This document shows positions 17,143 to 24,595 of a stretch of 32,000 nucleotides of DNA, in pieces. A program made the translations under genes and the position numbers. Under the pieces are notes generated by a model that was not told the DNA's origin, made no database searches, and was given only the letters and a program-made list of their open reading frames with translations. Each line of letters begins with the position of its first letter. The stretch's first letter is position 1. The DNA comes from Desulfocapsa sulfexigens DSM 10523 (lineage in GTDB: Bacteria; Desulfobacterota; Desulfobulbia; Desulfobulbales; Desulfocapsaceae). The stretch covers positions 1,620,001-1,652,000 of the forward strand of contig NC_020304.1 in assembly GCF_000341395.1 (NCBI RefSeq), written 5' to 3'.

Positions 17143-18450
17143 CTATTCCACATTTTTACCTGATTCAATTGCTTCATATTCTTCAGGGTAATGCTCTTTC
17201 ATACAATCAGGGCATATGCCGTGACTGATATTTGCGTCAGAATTTTTGTGAATATAAACATCCACTTGTTCCCAGTATCCTTTGTCGTCACGAACTTTTT
17301 TACAAAATGAACAAAGAGGCAGAATCCCTTGTAAGGTTTTAATTTCATCAAAAGCCTTATTGAGTTCTTTAACATGTCTTTCTAGTTCTGCTTCTGCTTG
17401 TTTATGTGCTTCAATTTTTTTAGACAGTATGATGTTTGACTTATATATTTTTACTGCCATCAGTACGATTGAAATTAGGAGGATAAAAATGATTACGGTC
17501 TGGATCATATGCTGGGTGATGAAGCCACGGACAGTAATTATGCCGTAATCCTTATAGGGTCCGACGCGCAATTCTTTTAAAAGCTCATGCGCCTGTTGAT
17601 AATCGTAGGGAAGCGTCCATTCTTGGAACCCTGCCTTTTGAGCTACAGGGCTGTTGCTCTCAAGAGACAGCAGAGCTTTAGCGACATCCTTACTTAACTC
17701 ATTGGTTGCATTACGGGTCTTAGCAAAAGCCCATTCTGGATAAAGCTCTGAGCTTACCATCATGGGGAAGTCAGGATAATGCTTGGGGGCTAAAACACGA
17801 AAATTATCAAGATCAATCCGATTTGATTCTGAGAACTTCTCCAACATACCAGTTCTAATAACCGCGACATCTACAACCCCATCCAATACAGCCTGTATCT
17901 CCTTAGGCTGATCGCCAAGAAATTTTACTTCTTTGGCATCGTTATATGGATAAAAACCATGAGTCAGCATCTCCTTATAGCCGACCAGCCAACCGCCAAA
18001 GCCAAGTTTAGCAACACCACAGATGGTTTTGCCATATAAGTCTTCTATTGTTTTTATCCCACTATCAGCACGGGTGATTAATGTTGAGCCGAACTCGGCC
18101 ACTCCCCCTTTTTTTACCATTGTGAGGATGCGGGATATGCCAAAGTTCAACTCGAGATCCACATAAATTGCGGGCTGGGTAATAACGAAATCTATTTCCT
18201 GGTTTAAAACAAGGTTCCTAATACGGTCGAGTTCAATAGGCGGAACAGGAATCAGCCTAAAGTCATATTGAGGCAGAGACAATTGGAGGTAATCGATGGT
18301 TGGTTGCCATTCATCCTTGGCTATTTCAACTCCAGAGAGTGCAACAACCAGGACGTTTACCTTGTTCTGTTCATGGCTCTCAATGTGTTTAAATCCGGTA
18401 AGCGAAAGGAAACAAAATAATGCAATTAAACTTGCAATAAAACGTTTCAT
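17143..18450 (-). CDS. Membrane-anchored sensor-like protein: periplasmic PhnD-like binding domain, TM, coiled coil, C-terminal CxxC...H...CxxC tail
   Basis: The periplasmic domain is clearly paralogous to that of the first gene in the window (shared IDFV, FGGW, LYPEW-FA, ELR-GPY-D-G blocks). The tail is LPLCSFCKKVRDDKGYWEQVDVYIHKNSDANISHGICPDCMKEHYPE. No kinase, cyclase or HD domain. Confidence 0.8.
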   Translation of the reverse strand: MKRFIASLIALFCFLSLTGFKHIESHEQNKVNVLVVALSGVEIAKDEWQPTIDYLQLSLPQYDFRLIPVPPIELDRIRNLVLNQEIDFVITQPAIYVDLELNFGISRILTMVKKGGVAEFGSTLITRADSGIKTIEDLYGKTICGVAKLGFGGWLVGYKEMLTHGFYPYNDAKEVKFLGDQPKEIQAVLDGVVDVAVIRTGMLEKFSESNRIDLDNFRVLAPKHYPDFPMMVSSELYPEWAFAKTRNATNELSKDVAKALLSLESNSPVAQKAGFQEWTLPYDYQQAHELLKELRVGPYKDYGIITVRGFITQHMIQTVIIFILLISIVLMAVKIYKSNIILSKKIEAHKQAEAELERHVKELNKAFDEIKTLQGILPLCSFCKKVRDDKGYWEQVDVYIHKNSDANISHGICPDCMKEHYPEEYEAIESGKNVE

Positions 18451-18474
18451 AAGAGTTGGTTGCCTATAGTAGAC

Positions 18475-18552
18475 GTTTAACGATCAATGTCACTTGCACC
18501 ATCAATGAATTTGCAGCGTCAGCGCCGCCGTGTTTCTCGGCGTCAAGTGAAC
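18475..18552 (-). repeat. Truncated attC-like site (core GTTAAAC plus inner inverted repeats; inverse core missing)
   Basis: Read on the minus strand: GTTCACTTGACGCC ... GGTGCAAGTGAC ATTGATC GTTAAAC. The last box matches GTTRRRY exactly and lies 24 nt upstream of the 18450 start codon. The place where the RYYYAAC box is expected is occupied by the IS110-family remnant. Confidence 0.5.
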
Positions 18553-18668
18553 AGCCATGATAATAAATATGGCCTTGCCTTGGATGAAATAGAATAGTGG
18601 AAGCACGACCAAGCATATTTACTCAAACCAAAGGAAGCCATTTTGTGAAATTTTAGACCAAACAACAT

Positions 18669-18830
18669 TTGTATTACTGCGGAATCGATCTTCATGCCAG
18701 AAAAATGTATGTCGTTGTAATCAATGATAAAGGAAAAATGCTCCTCCACAAAAACATCAAAACTTATACAGATGAAAAGATGATAGTTATATCAGCCTTT
18801 CTGGAAGATACAGATATTGGAGTTGAATGA
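18669..18830 (+). pseudogene. N-terminal fragment (53 codons) of an IS110-family DEDD transposase
   Basis: Translation (TTG) YYCGIDLHARKMYVVVINDKGKMLLHKNIK... matches the conserved IS110-family N-terminus (compare LYAGIDLHSNNSHLAILDQDDKRVFHKKL in the intact copy at 25440). It ends prematurely at TGA 18828..18830. Confidence 0.6.
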
Positions 18831-18834
18831 GTTC

Positions 18835-19059
18835 TCTGCTGATATTAACTTGCAGATTTCTGCATACAGTGCCTCTGCCTGTTCCAGAAACAGATCAGCT
18901 ACTGCCGGATCAGAATGCCCCCGCCCGCGCTTCCTTGATAATACCGATCGAGATCTCCAGGCCGAACGGTTCCTTGTCTGACTGCCACCTATCTCAAATC
19001 CTAATCATCCCCAATGATCCTATAGAAGACCTTGCATATAACAATTTTTTTTGGGGCAT
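18835..19059 (-). pseudogene. Decayed transposase remnant, IS3-family OrfA-like (frameshifted)
   Basis: Minus-strand pieces in three frames: MPQKKLLY..., FGLEISIGIIKEARAGA, PAVADL...AEALYAEICKLISAENSF. They resemble the HTH/leucine-zipper OrfA of IS3-family elements. No intact ORF. Confidence 0.35.
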
Positions 19060-19237
19060 TGGTAGTATTCTCGCTGACGAATGTTACGCATAAGAGGAGG
19101 CAAGAGTGCATGGCAATGACGTGGCAAACCCAAAGAATATCTGGTATATCTGAAGGTTTTTAAAAACCGCTATGTTCTTGCCGTCCCTTTAATGCGATGG
19201 TTTGGTACTATACTCTGTGAATGAGAGTATCTTTAAG

Positions 19238-19873
19238 CTAATTGTTGATTTCAACGAGGTCTGTTTGCATTAGCTCCAGTTGTTTTTCATACTCCATTAT
19301 GTGAGCTACCTTTTTGACAAAATTAGAATCATACCCAAAACGCTTGAGGAGATGAAAACCAACCTCTATTCCGGAAGTAATACCACCTCCAGTAACGATG
19401 CGACCAGTATCAACGACTCTGTGCCGATCAATTATACATTTGGGTGCGATCTGTGCTAGCCTATCAATTGGTGCAATTAGCTCACTTGGGTCTTGGCTCT
19501 TTCTGTTGGTTGCCTGAACACCATCAAGCAAGCCGGCAACACCATAAACCCAAGAGCCTGTACAGACGCTGACCAGCATAGTCTCTTCTGGAAGTGCTTT
19601 TACAAAGTTGATTAGCCTTTTATTATGAATCTCAGATCGTAAACCAATGCCACCAGGAACAAGAAATGCGTCCATGCTTGGATTGTCGTTCAGACCGTAT
19701 TTTGGTATGACTCGCAGGCCGGCTGTTGCCATAACAGGTGCCATAGTATCTGCAATGATAAATGTTTCCAATTCCGGGTCCATTCTTTTGGCTACCGCAA
19801 AGACTCCTGTTGGCCCAGCCCAGTCAATGACTTCTGCATTGTCACAAATATAAACACCTAATCTTTTTTTCAT
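19238..19873 (-). CDS. DJ-1/PfpI-family protein
   Basis: I moved the start to the ATG at 19873 (MKKRLGVYIC...), which has GGAG upstream. The nucleophile-elbow SVCTGSW and FLVPGGIG are typical of the DJ-1/ThiJ/PfpI fold. Confidence 0.8.
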   Translation of the reverse strand: MKKRLGVYICDNAEVIDWAGPTGVFAVAKRMDPELETFIIADTMAPVMATAGLRVIPKYGLNDNPSMDAFLVPGGIGLRSEIHNKRLINFVKALPEETMLVSVCTGSWVYGVAGLLDGVQATNRKSQDPSELIAPIDRLAQIAPKCIIDRHRVVDTGRIVTGGGITSGIEVGFHLLKRFGYDSNFVKKVAHIMEYEKQLELMQTDLVEINN

Positions 19874-19904
19874 AGTTTTCTCCTTGTTGATTATTGTTAA
19901 AGGT

Positions 19905-19917
19905 AGACCGGTCTGTC
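19905..19917. promoter_or_regulatory. Candidate TetR operator copy 1 (AGACCGGTCTGTC)
   Basis: One of three AGACnnGTCTGTC 13-mers. It lies 32 nt upstream of the DJ-1 start codon. Its core AGACCGGTCT is a perfect palindrome. Confidence 0.5.
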
Positions 19918-19978
19918 TGTGGTCGCGAAAATTAAAGCCATCTATGCATATTATCATTCCTCCTTTAAGCTGGCGCAC

Positions 19979-19991
19979 AGACAGGTCTGTC
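19979..19991. promoter_or_regulatory. Candidate TetR operator copy 2 (AGACAGGTCTGTC)
   Basis: Part of the palindrome ACAGACAGGTCTGT (19977..19990), in the TetR / DJ-1 intergenic region. Confidence 0.5.
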
Positions 19992-20012
19992 TGTGTTGTT
20001 GTAAAAAATATA

Positions 20013-20600
20013 TTACCGATTCAGTAAGCTTTTGACTGCTTGCTGAGCGGCTTCAATGGGCCAAGTATCATTGTAATTTTGACTGGAAACGATAGCTCCC
20101 TCGACCAACACATAGACCATTTGCACAGTTTGCTGAATTTCCAGTTCTGCGTAAGAGGAATTCGCCTCGATAAGGTCATGAATAATATTTTGTAAATAGG
20201 CCTGAAGGTCATTTTTATGCTTAATGACCTCCTCTCTTATTTTTGTATCTATTGCTGGTACTTCTGCGGCTATATTTAAAAAAGCACAGCCTCTGAAATT
20301 ACTTTCCGACATCCACTTTTTTAAAAAATCAAACACTGCCATTAGTTTTTCTTCGGCAGTACTTTTTTCTGATACGCTTTCCTTCAACCATCCCATCCAT
20401 AAAACATGTCTAGCTTGAAGATATGCAATACATAATGCCTCTTTAGATGGAAAGTGAGCATAAAATGTGGCCTTTGCTACTTTTGACTCAGAGATTATTT
20501 GATTAATGCCTGTAGCTAAATACCCTTGAGTATAAAAGAGATTAAGAGCTGTTTCAATGATGCGGTCTCTAGCGCTGCTTTCAATAATTTTTTGTAACAT
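20013..20600 (-). CDS. TetR/AcrR-family transcriptional regulator
   Basis: The N-terminal HTH RIIETALNLFYTQGYLATGINQIISESKVAKATFYAHFPSKEAL is typical of TetR_N. Confidence 0.9.
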   Translation of the reverse strand: MLQKIIESSARDRIIETALNLFYTQGYLATGINQIISESKVAKATFYAHFPSKEALCIAYLQARHVLWMGWLKESVSEKSTAEEKLMAVFDFLKKWMSESNFRGCAFLNIAAEVPAIDTKIREEVIKHKNDLQAYLQNIIHDLIEANSSYAELEIQQTVQMVYVLVEGAIVSSQNYNDTWPIEAAQQAVKSLLNR

Positions 20601-20620
20601 TGTTCAATGATACGCTAGAC

Positions 20621-20633
20621 AGACTTGTCTGTC
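20621..20633. promoter_or_regulatory. Candidate TetR operator copy 3 (AGACTTGTCTGTC)
   Basis: Part of the palindrome GACAGACTTGTCTGTC (20618..20633), 18-33 nt upstream of the TetR start codon. This is a position expected for autoregulation. Confidence 0.5.
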
Positions 20634-20664
20634 AAGTCTGTTTTGTGTTTTGCCGGATCTGGAC

Positions 20665-20730
20665 GTCGAACGCCGCAATTCAGTGGAGCCGACGCCAGCG
20701 AGGCTTCCGTGTGGGATTGCATTGTTAGAT
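20665..20730 (-). repeat. attC-like recombination site (66 bp)
   Basis: Minus strand: ATCTAAC (perfect RYYYAAC, 3 nt after the GNAT stop codon) AAT GCAAT ... GGAAGCC tcgctggcgtc GGCTCC ... ATTGC GGC GTTCGAC. It has nested inverted repeats and terminal AAC/GTT boxes. Confidence 0.6.
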
Positions 20731-20733
20731 TTC

Positions 20734-21294
20734 TTAATAGTCAGACCTAATAAGTCCAAAGCACTTAAGGTCATGAAATCGTACCTTCCAATATCCGCTT
20801 TCCCTTAGTAGCCCCTCTTCTTTGAACCCTAGCTTCTTTAACACTGCCTCCGAAGCACCATTGCCTGGAACAGTATCTCCTTGAATTCTATTTAACTCCC
20901 CGCAAGGTAGACCACCTGAGAAGGCTATTTTGATTGTTTCTCTTAATGCTTCAGTAGCGTAACCATTACCCCAAAAGTCTTTAGATATATCGTAGCCGAC
21001 AACTGAACTTCTCATTTTAGAATTCCATGAGTTAAACCCACACGTACCAATAAAATCACCATTGTCTTTCAGGCGAATAGCCCATCTAATACCTAGAGCC
21101 TCATCAAATCTTTTTTTGAATAGCTGGATCAAGGTTGATGCCTGATCAATACTGGAAAAAGCCTCAAGATCATAATATTTAATAACATCTTTGTTTGAAA
21201 AGTGTCGATACAGTACCTCGGAATCCTCTTTTACTAATTCATTCAATATCAACCTATCTGTACTTAATTTAGGGAACAGCAAGGTTGTCTCCAT
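20734..21294 (-). CDS. GNAT-family N-acetyltransferase (RimJ/RimL-like)
   Basis: 186 aa. WAIRLKDNGDFIGTCGF ... GYDISKDFWGNGYATEAL ... GASEAVLKKLGFKEEG is typical of Acetyltransf_3/RimJ-type GNATs. Confidence 0.85.
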   Translation of the reverse strand: METTLLFPKLSTDRLILNELVKEDSEVLYRHFSNKDVIKYYDLEAFSSIDQASTLIQLFKKRFDEALGIRWAIRLKDNGDFIGTCGFNSWNSKMRSSVVGYDISKDFWGNGYATEALRETIKIAFSGGLPCGELNRIQGDTVPGNGASEAVLKKLGFKEEGLLRESGYWKVRFHDLKCFGLIRSDY

Positions 21295-21330
21295 AAAATA
21301 TGCCGATCACGTTTAAAAGGTTAAAATTAG

Positions 21331-21388
21331 TGAAGCCAACTCCAAAGAACGTGCGTGCTTCGCAAGTCTTGTTGGTCGATATGTTGCA
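21331..21388 (-). repeat. attC-like element, 'GCCAAC' subfamily, copy 1
   Basis: TGAAGCCAACTCCAAAGAACGTG ... CTTGTTGGTCGAT. Arms GCCAAC..AAGAAC / GTCTT.GTTGG pair with bulges. 21 of 23 nt are identical to 28837..28859. Confidence 0.45.
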
Positions 21389-21466
21389 TTCTTTTTGTGC
21401 TGAGCTTAGTCGCGCTTGGTTTGTATTAAATTTGTCGCACTTCAAAGTTGAAGATAGGTTTATGTT

Positions 21467-22057
21467 TTAATCTCTGGTTGTTAGCCAGGTCTCAATGTCG
21501 GGGAGATTTTGCCAAACATCACTATATGTTTCATGTTTTTTCAGAACATTTACTACCATCGGTAGTGGTTCTGCCCATATTTCTGGTAAATCAATTTCTT
21601 CATCAATCTGAGTTGAAAATGCAAGACACTCAATTGGTGGGGTGAACTGTGCATTAACATTTTCCTTATTTCCCCTTGGGTCTACACGATACCATCCTAT
21701 CTCTGGTAGAAATATTGCGTTTAGACCATGTAAACAAAATGGGGCGCCATTATCATCTCGGCTCAGACGTTGGTAACAAAGTCCGGTTGGGATAGAGTTC
21801 GCTCTTAGTAATGCAGCTAACAAATGACTTTTGGCATAACAGTAACCCGTCCCAGCAGCTAAGACCTCAGATGCTGAGCATGTAACTGGGTTTAGGGCAA
21901 AGTCATTACTATGTTTTATTGTGTCTCGTACCCACTCGAAACATACTTTCGCAATATCTGTATGACTACTAAGGCCTTTTGCAAGCTCTTTAGCTTTGAC
22001 AGAAACTTCTTTATGCTCCCAATCAATAATGTCTGAAGATTTAAGGTAGTTCTGCAT
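21467..22057 (-). CDS. Transglutaminase-like cysteine peptidase superfamily protein
   Basis: Cys-His-Asp arrangement: GTGYCYAKSHLLAALLRANSIP ... HGLNAIF ... GWYRVDPRG. Confidence 0.8.
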   Translation of the reverse strand: MQNYLKSSDIIDWEHKEVSVKAKELAKGLSSHTDIAKVCFEWVRDTIKHSNDFALNPVTCSASEVLAAGTGYCYAKSHLLAALLRANSIPTGLCYQRLSRDDNGAPFCLHGLNAIFLPEIGWYRVDPRGNKENVNAQFTPPIECLAFSTQIDEEIDLPEIWAEPLPMVVNVLKKHETYSDVWQNLPDIETWLTTRD

Positions 22058-22096
22058 GATGATTTTTTTACTTACTTGTTGCTAATTTTATTTGAA

Positions 22097-22165
22097 ATAT
22101 AACGCAGTCAATATTTGACGACAAGAGCGTAGTGTGTGACCATCAACTTGATGGCCATGTTATAA
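22097..22165 (-). repeat. attC-like recombination site (69 bp)
   Basis: Minus strand: TTATAAC ... CCATCAAGTTGATGG ... GTTATAT. The terminal boxes are 6/7 complementary. The GTTATAT box lies 39 nt upstream of the transglutaminase-like start codon. Confidence 0.5.
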
Positions 22166-22193
22166 GCTTCTTTTGCCTTATTGGATTCATGTA

Positions 22194-22571
22194 TCATGTT
22201 GATAGTAGTCCAGCTAAGCCAAGCAAGGAAACTGTAGCGAAAAGCCAAGTTGATGGAAAGCGGAAGGGGTTAATGTTACCTTTCCGTGCAACAGCTGCAC
22301 TCAATAAAGAGGATGCTCCAGTAACTATGGTTAAAAACACGGCTAGTTCTGGGCGATCAGGATTGAGTGCGACGTATGCATACCCGCCACCCATAGTAAA
22401 TGTCAGTATGGTTGTAACGTGCCAACAATAATAATTGAGCCATTTGGATGCAGTTGGCAAATCAGAATTTGCAAGTAGTGGCTCTGCTACGCGGGGGCCA
22501 CCGACAAAAGTATGCACCGAAAAAGTGATGGCACTCATAATGGTTGCAGCCCAAAGAAAGTATGCCTGCAT
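22194..22571 (-). CDS. Small integral membrane protein (about 4 TM), unknown function
   Basis: I moved the start to the ATG at 22571 (MQAYFLWAATIMSAITF...). The ORF-track start at 22628 adds a non-hydrophobic extension with no RBS. Confidence 0.6.
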   Translation of the reverse strand: MQAYFLWAATIMSAITFSVHTFVGGPRVAEPLLANSDLPTASKWLNYYCWHVTTILTFTMGGGYAYVALNPDRPELAVFLTIVTGASSLLSAAVARKGNINPFRFPSTWLFATVSLLGLAGLLST

Positions 22572-22739
22572 GTCTCTATACCTCGAATAGGAGATCGGTA
22601 AGTAAATCATAAACTCTTGGGGACACATCTCCGAGCAATGTAATAGGACCAGCTATTATTATACAACTCATACAAAGGAGGTAATGCCCCATGAGAATAA
22701 AAATATGGTAGCAATCCCGGAAAATGTAAGAAATATGTT

Positions 22740-22832
22740 TTACAACCTGACCTTCTTTGATCCCTTTCGTGAGGGGGGTTACCAAGAGTTCAAAGAGCGG
22801 CGAGGAATATTCCTCTCAATCCATTTGTTAAC
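22740..22832 (-). repeat. attC-like site (93 bp) containing a perfect 14-bp palindrome
   Basis: Minus strand: GTTAAC overlaps the GNAT stop codon. Then GAGGAATATTCCTC (22802..22815, perfect palindrome), then TCTTTGA / TCAAAGA arms, ending in GTTGTAA. The fit to the consensus is only moderate. Confidence 0.35.
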
Positions 22833-23259
22833 ATAATGATAATGTTCCATTTTTAATCATTTCGACTTCATTTTGAAATATGGCCATGGCGGTTTTCATT
22901 TTCTTGAATCCAAGCTTTACGTAAAAGCCTTCTGTTCCAGGATTAGCGTATAGAATGATTTTTTTATGCCCTTGTGATTGATCAATCAGATTCTGAATAA
23001 TCTTCTTTCCTATCCCCGTCCCCTGATAATCAGGATGAACTGCAACATCTGCGAGATAAGAACAATCAAGTCCATCAGCTAGCGCTCGACCTCCTCCAAT
23101 TAAGTTGCCCTCATCAAATACGAAACATTTAAATTTGCTATTTGTGAATACGGTTTCTAAATCATCAGCTAATTTTGTACCAAGTGGGGCAACTCGATAC
23201 AATTCAGACAGCTCAAACCAGTTAATTTGAGATTGATCTAATTGCCAAGTAATATTCAT
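22828..23259 (-). CDS. GNAT-family N-acetyltransferase (143 aa)
   Basis: VAVHPDYQGTGIGKKIIQNLI (acetyl-CoA-binding Q/RxxGxG motif). The start overlaps the upstream aminotransferase stop codon by 4 nt (ATGA). Confidence 0.85.
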   Translation of the reverse strand: MNITWQLDQSQINWFELSELYRVAPLGTKLADDLETVFTNSKFKCFVFDEGNLIGGGRALADGLDCSYLADVAVHPDYQGTGIGKKIIQNLIDQSQGHKKIILYANPGTEGFYVKLGFKKMKTAMAIFQNEVEMIKNGTLSLC

Positions 23260-24434
23260 CTATCTAAAGTCCTTTTTTTTGCATTTATGATGGATTTGAA
23301 AGTGTTGACAAATTTGTTAAACTCTTTTTCCGTTGTCACAAGAGGAGGGTCAATCCTAAACAAGGCTTTTCGGTTGCATACAATAAAACCTTGTTCAATC
23401 AAATCGTTATAGATATCATCTCCTACTTTTTTGCTTACCAATTCGACAGCAAACATTAGCCCCTTACCACGAACTTCCAAAACAATTTCACCATCTACGA
23501 GAGACTCTAGTTGAGAAAGAAACAAGCGGCCATTTTTTTCAGCATGTTCAATGATGTTGTTGCTTTGTATTTGTCGTATTACCTCGTTGGCGATTGCTGC
23601 ACCGAGTGGGTCATTTTGATGTGATTGTAGGTAGCTGAACGGCTTTGCTTTGCGCACCTCCTTTACGCTCCCGGGGCTGAGGACAGCCACACTTACTGGA
23701 TATCCATTACCAATTCCTTTACCAATTGCAATCATATCCGGAGTAATGCCATAATGCTGAAAACCAAACCATTTTCCTGTACGACCGATGCCAGTTGTTA
23801 CTTCATTGGCAATAATTTTACCTTTGTTTTTCCTGACAATATTGGCTAAATTTTGAACCATAGATTTAGGGGGAAATCTAACAAAACCTGAAGCACTACC
23901 AGGTTCAAAGATAAACTCTGATATATTGTTTGGTAGGTTTGTAAATTTGTAGCACTCAGTGGAACATTTTTTATTTTTTGGACATGATTCACAGTATTGC
24001 CAATCAAAAATATGCCAATCGGTATCTCTATCGATTACAGAGCGGTATGACCCTAAATATGCATCGTGTAAAGCCAAAGTGATTTTTTTCTTGGAGATGT
24101 GCGTTGTGATTTGTCGCAAGAGTTCTATAGCTTCACTGCCAGAACTAAGAAAAGTGACTTCCCCATTTTTAAAACTTGTGAGAGATAAGATTGTATCGGC
24201 AGCTTTTTCTAAAATTCTATTTGAATAGCAGAATCCTGTGTGCATTACGGATTCAATTTGATTCTTTATAACATCATTTATTTGCTTATTTTTATGGCCT
24301 AACGCTGTACACCATATACCAGATTCCAAATCCATATATTGTTTTCCACTCTCATCAATCAGGTACACACCATGACTGTCAACGATGTTTGGAATTTTCA
24401 ATTCATGTATGGAATAATTGCCAATGTTTTTCAT
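23256..24434 (-). CDS. Class-III (PLP-dependent) aminotransferase
   Basis: SGSEAIE, ANEVTTGIGRTGKWFGFQHYGITPDMIAIGKGIGNGYP (PLP-lysine region). It contains an unusual Cys-rich insertion, WQYCESCPKNKKCSTECYKF. Confidence 0.85.
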   Translation of the reverse strand: MKNIGNYSIHELKIPNIVDSHGVYLIDESGKQYMDLESGIWCTALGHKNKQINDVIKNQIESVMHTGFCYSNRILEKAADTILSLTSFKNGEVTFLSSGSEAIELLRQITTHISKKKITLALHDAYLGSYRSVIDRDTDWHIFDWQYCESCPKNKKCSTECYKFTNLPNNISEFIFEPGSASGFVRFPPKSMVQNLANIVRKNKGKIIANEVTTGIGRTGKWFGFQHYGITPDMIAIGKGIGNGYPVSVAVLSPGSVKEVRKAKPFSYLQSHQNDPLGAAIANEVIRQIQSNNIIEHAEKNGRLFLSQLESLVDGEIVLEVRGKGLMFAVELVSKKVGDDIYNDLIEQGFIVCNRKALFRIDPPLVTTEKEFNKFVNTFKSIINAKKRTLDR

Positions 24435-24461
24435 TATACTTTATTTTGTTGATGGCGATAA

Positions 24462-24595
24462 TTTTAACACATAGTGTGCTTGTAGGACTTGCCGGCCATG
24501 GAATTAGCGTGAACTTTGAGCGTGGCCAAAAACTTGGCCTACAACCAAGAATGGCGCGTGTGAGCCGGTCAGAGTGTAAGCTTTTGTGAGCATTT
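24462..24595 (-). repeat. attC-like inter-cassette palindrome
   Basis: Inner arms GCTTGTAGG (24478..24486) / CCTACAACC (24538..24546). A GTTAAAA box (24462..24468 on the minus strand) lies 27 nt upstream of the aminotransferase start codon. No clear RYYYAAC box next to the upstream stop codon. Confidence 0.4.

Noticed and set aside
19094-19237. An attC site downstream of the DJ-1 gene.
   Set aside because: Only a short hairpin (ATACTCT cattcac AGAGTAT) and the palindrome GGTTTTTAAAAACC are present, with no AAC/GTT terminal boxes. The region abuts IS remnants, so a former site may have been destroyed. I do not call one.
22629-22827. A plus-strand 50-codon ORF (ATG near 22692, MPHENKNMVAIPENVRNMFYNLTFFDPFREGGYQEF...) preceded by AAGGAGG, inside the spacer between two minus-strand cassettes.
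   Set aside because: The SD-to-ATG spacing is only about 2 nt for that ATG. The next ATG with good spacing opens a 6-codon frame. The region is better explained as an attC-like site plus 5' UTR of the membrane-protein gene. A small antisense gene is still possible.
22828-24434. The aminotransferase plus acetyltransferase pair as a partial ectoine (ectB/ectA) pathway.
   Set aside because: There is no ectC, the gene order is reversed relative to ectABC, and I cannot verify EctA/EctB-specific motifs. Only the generic family calls are kept.
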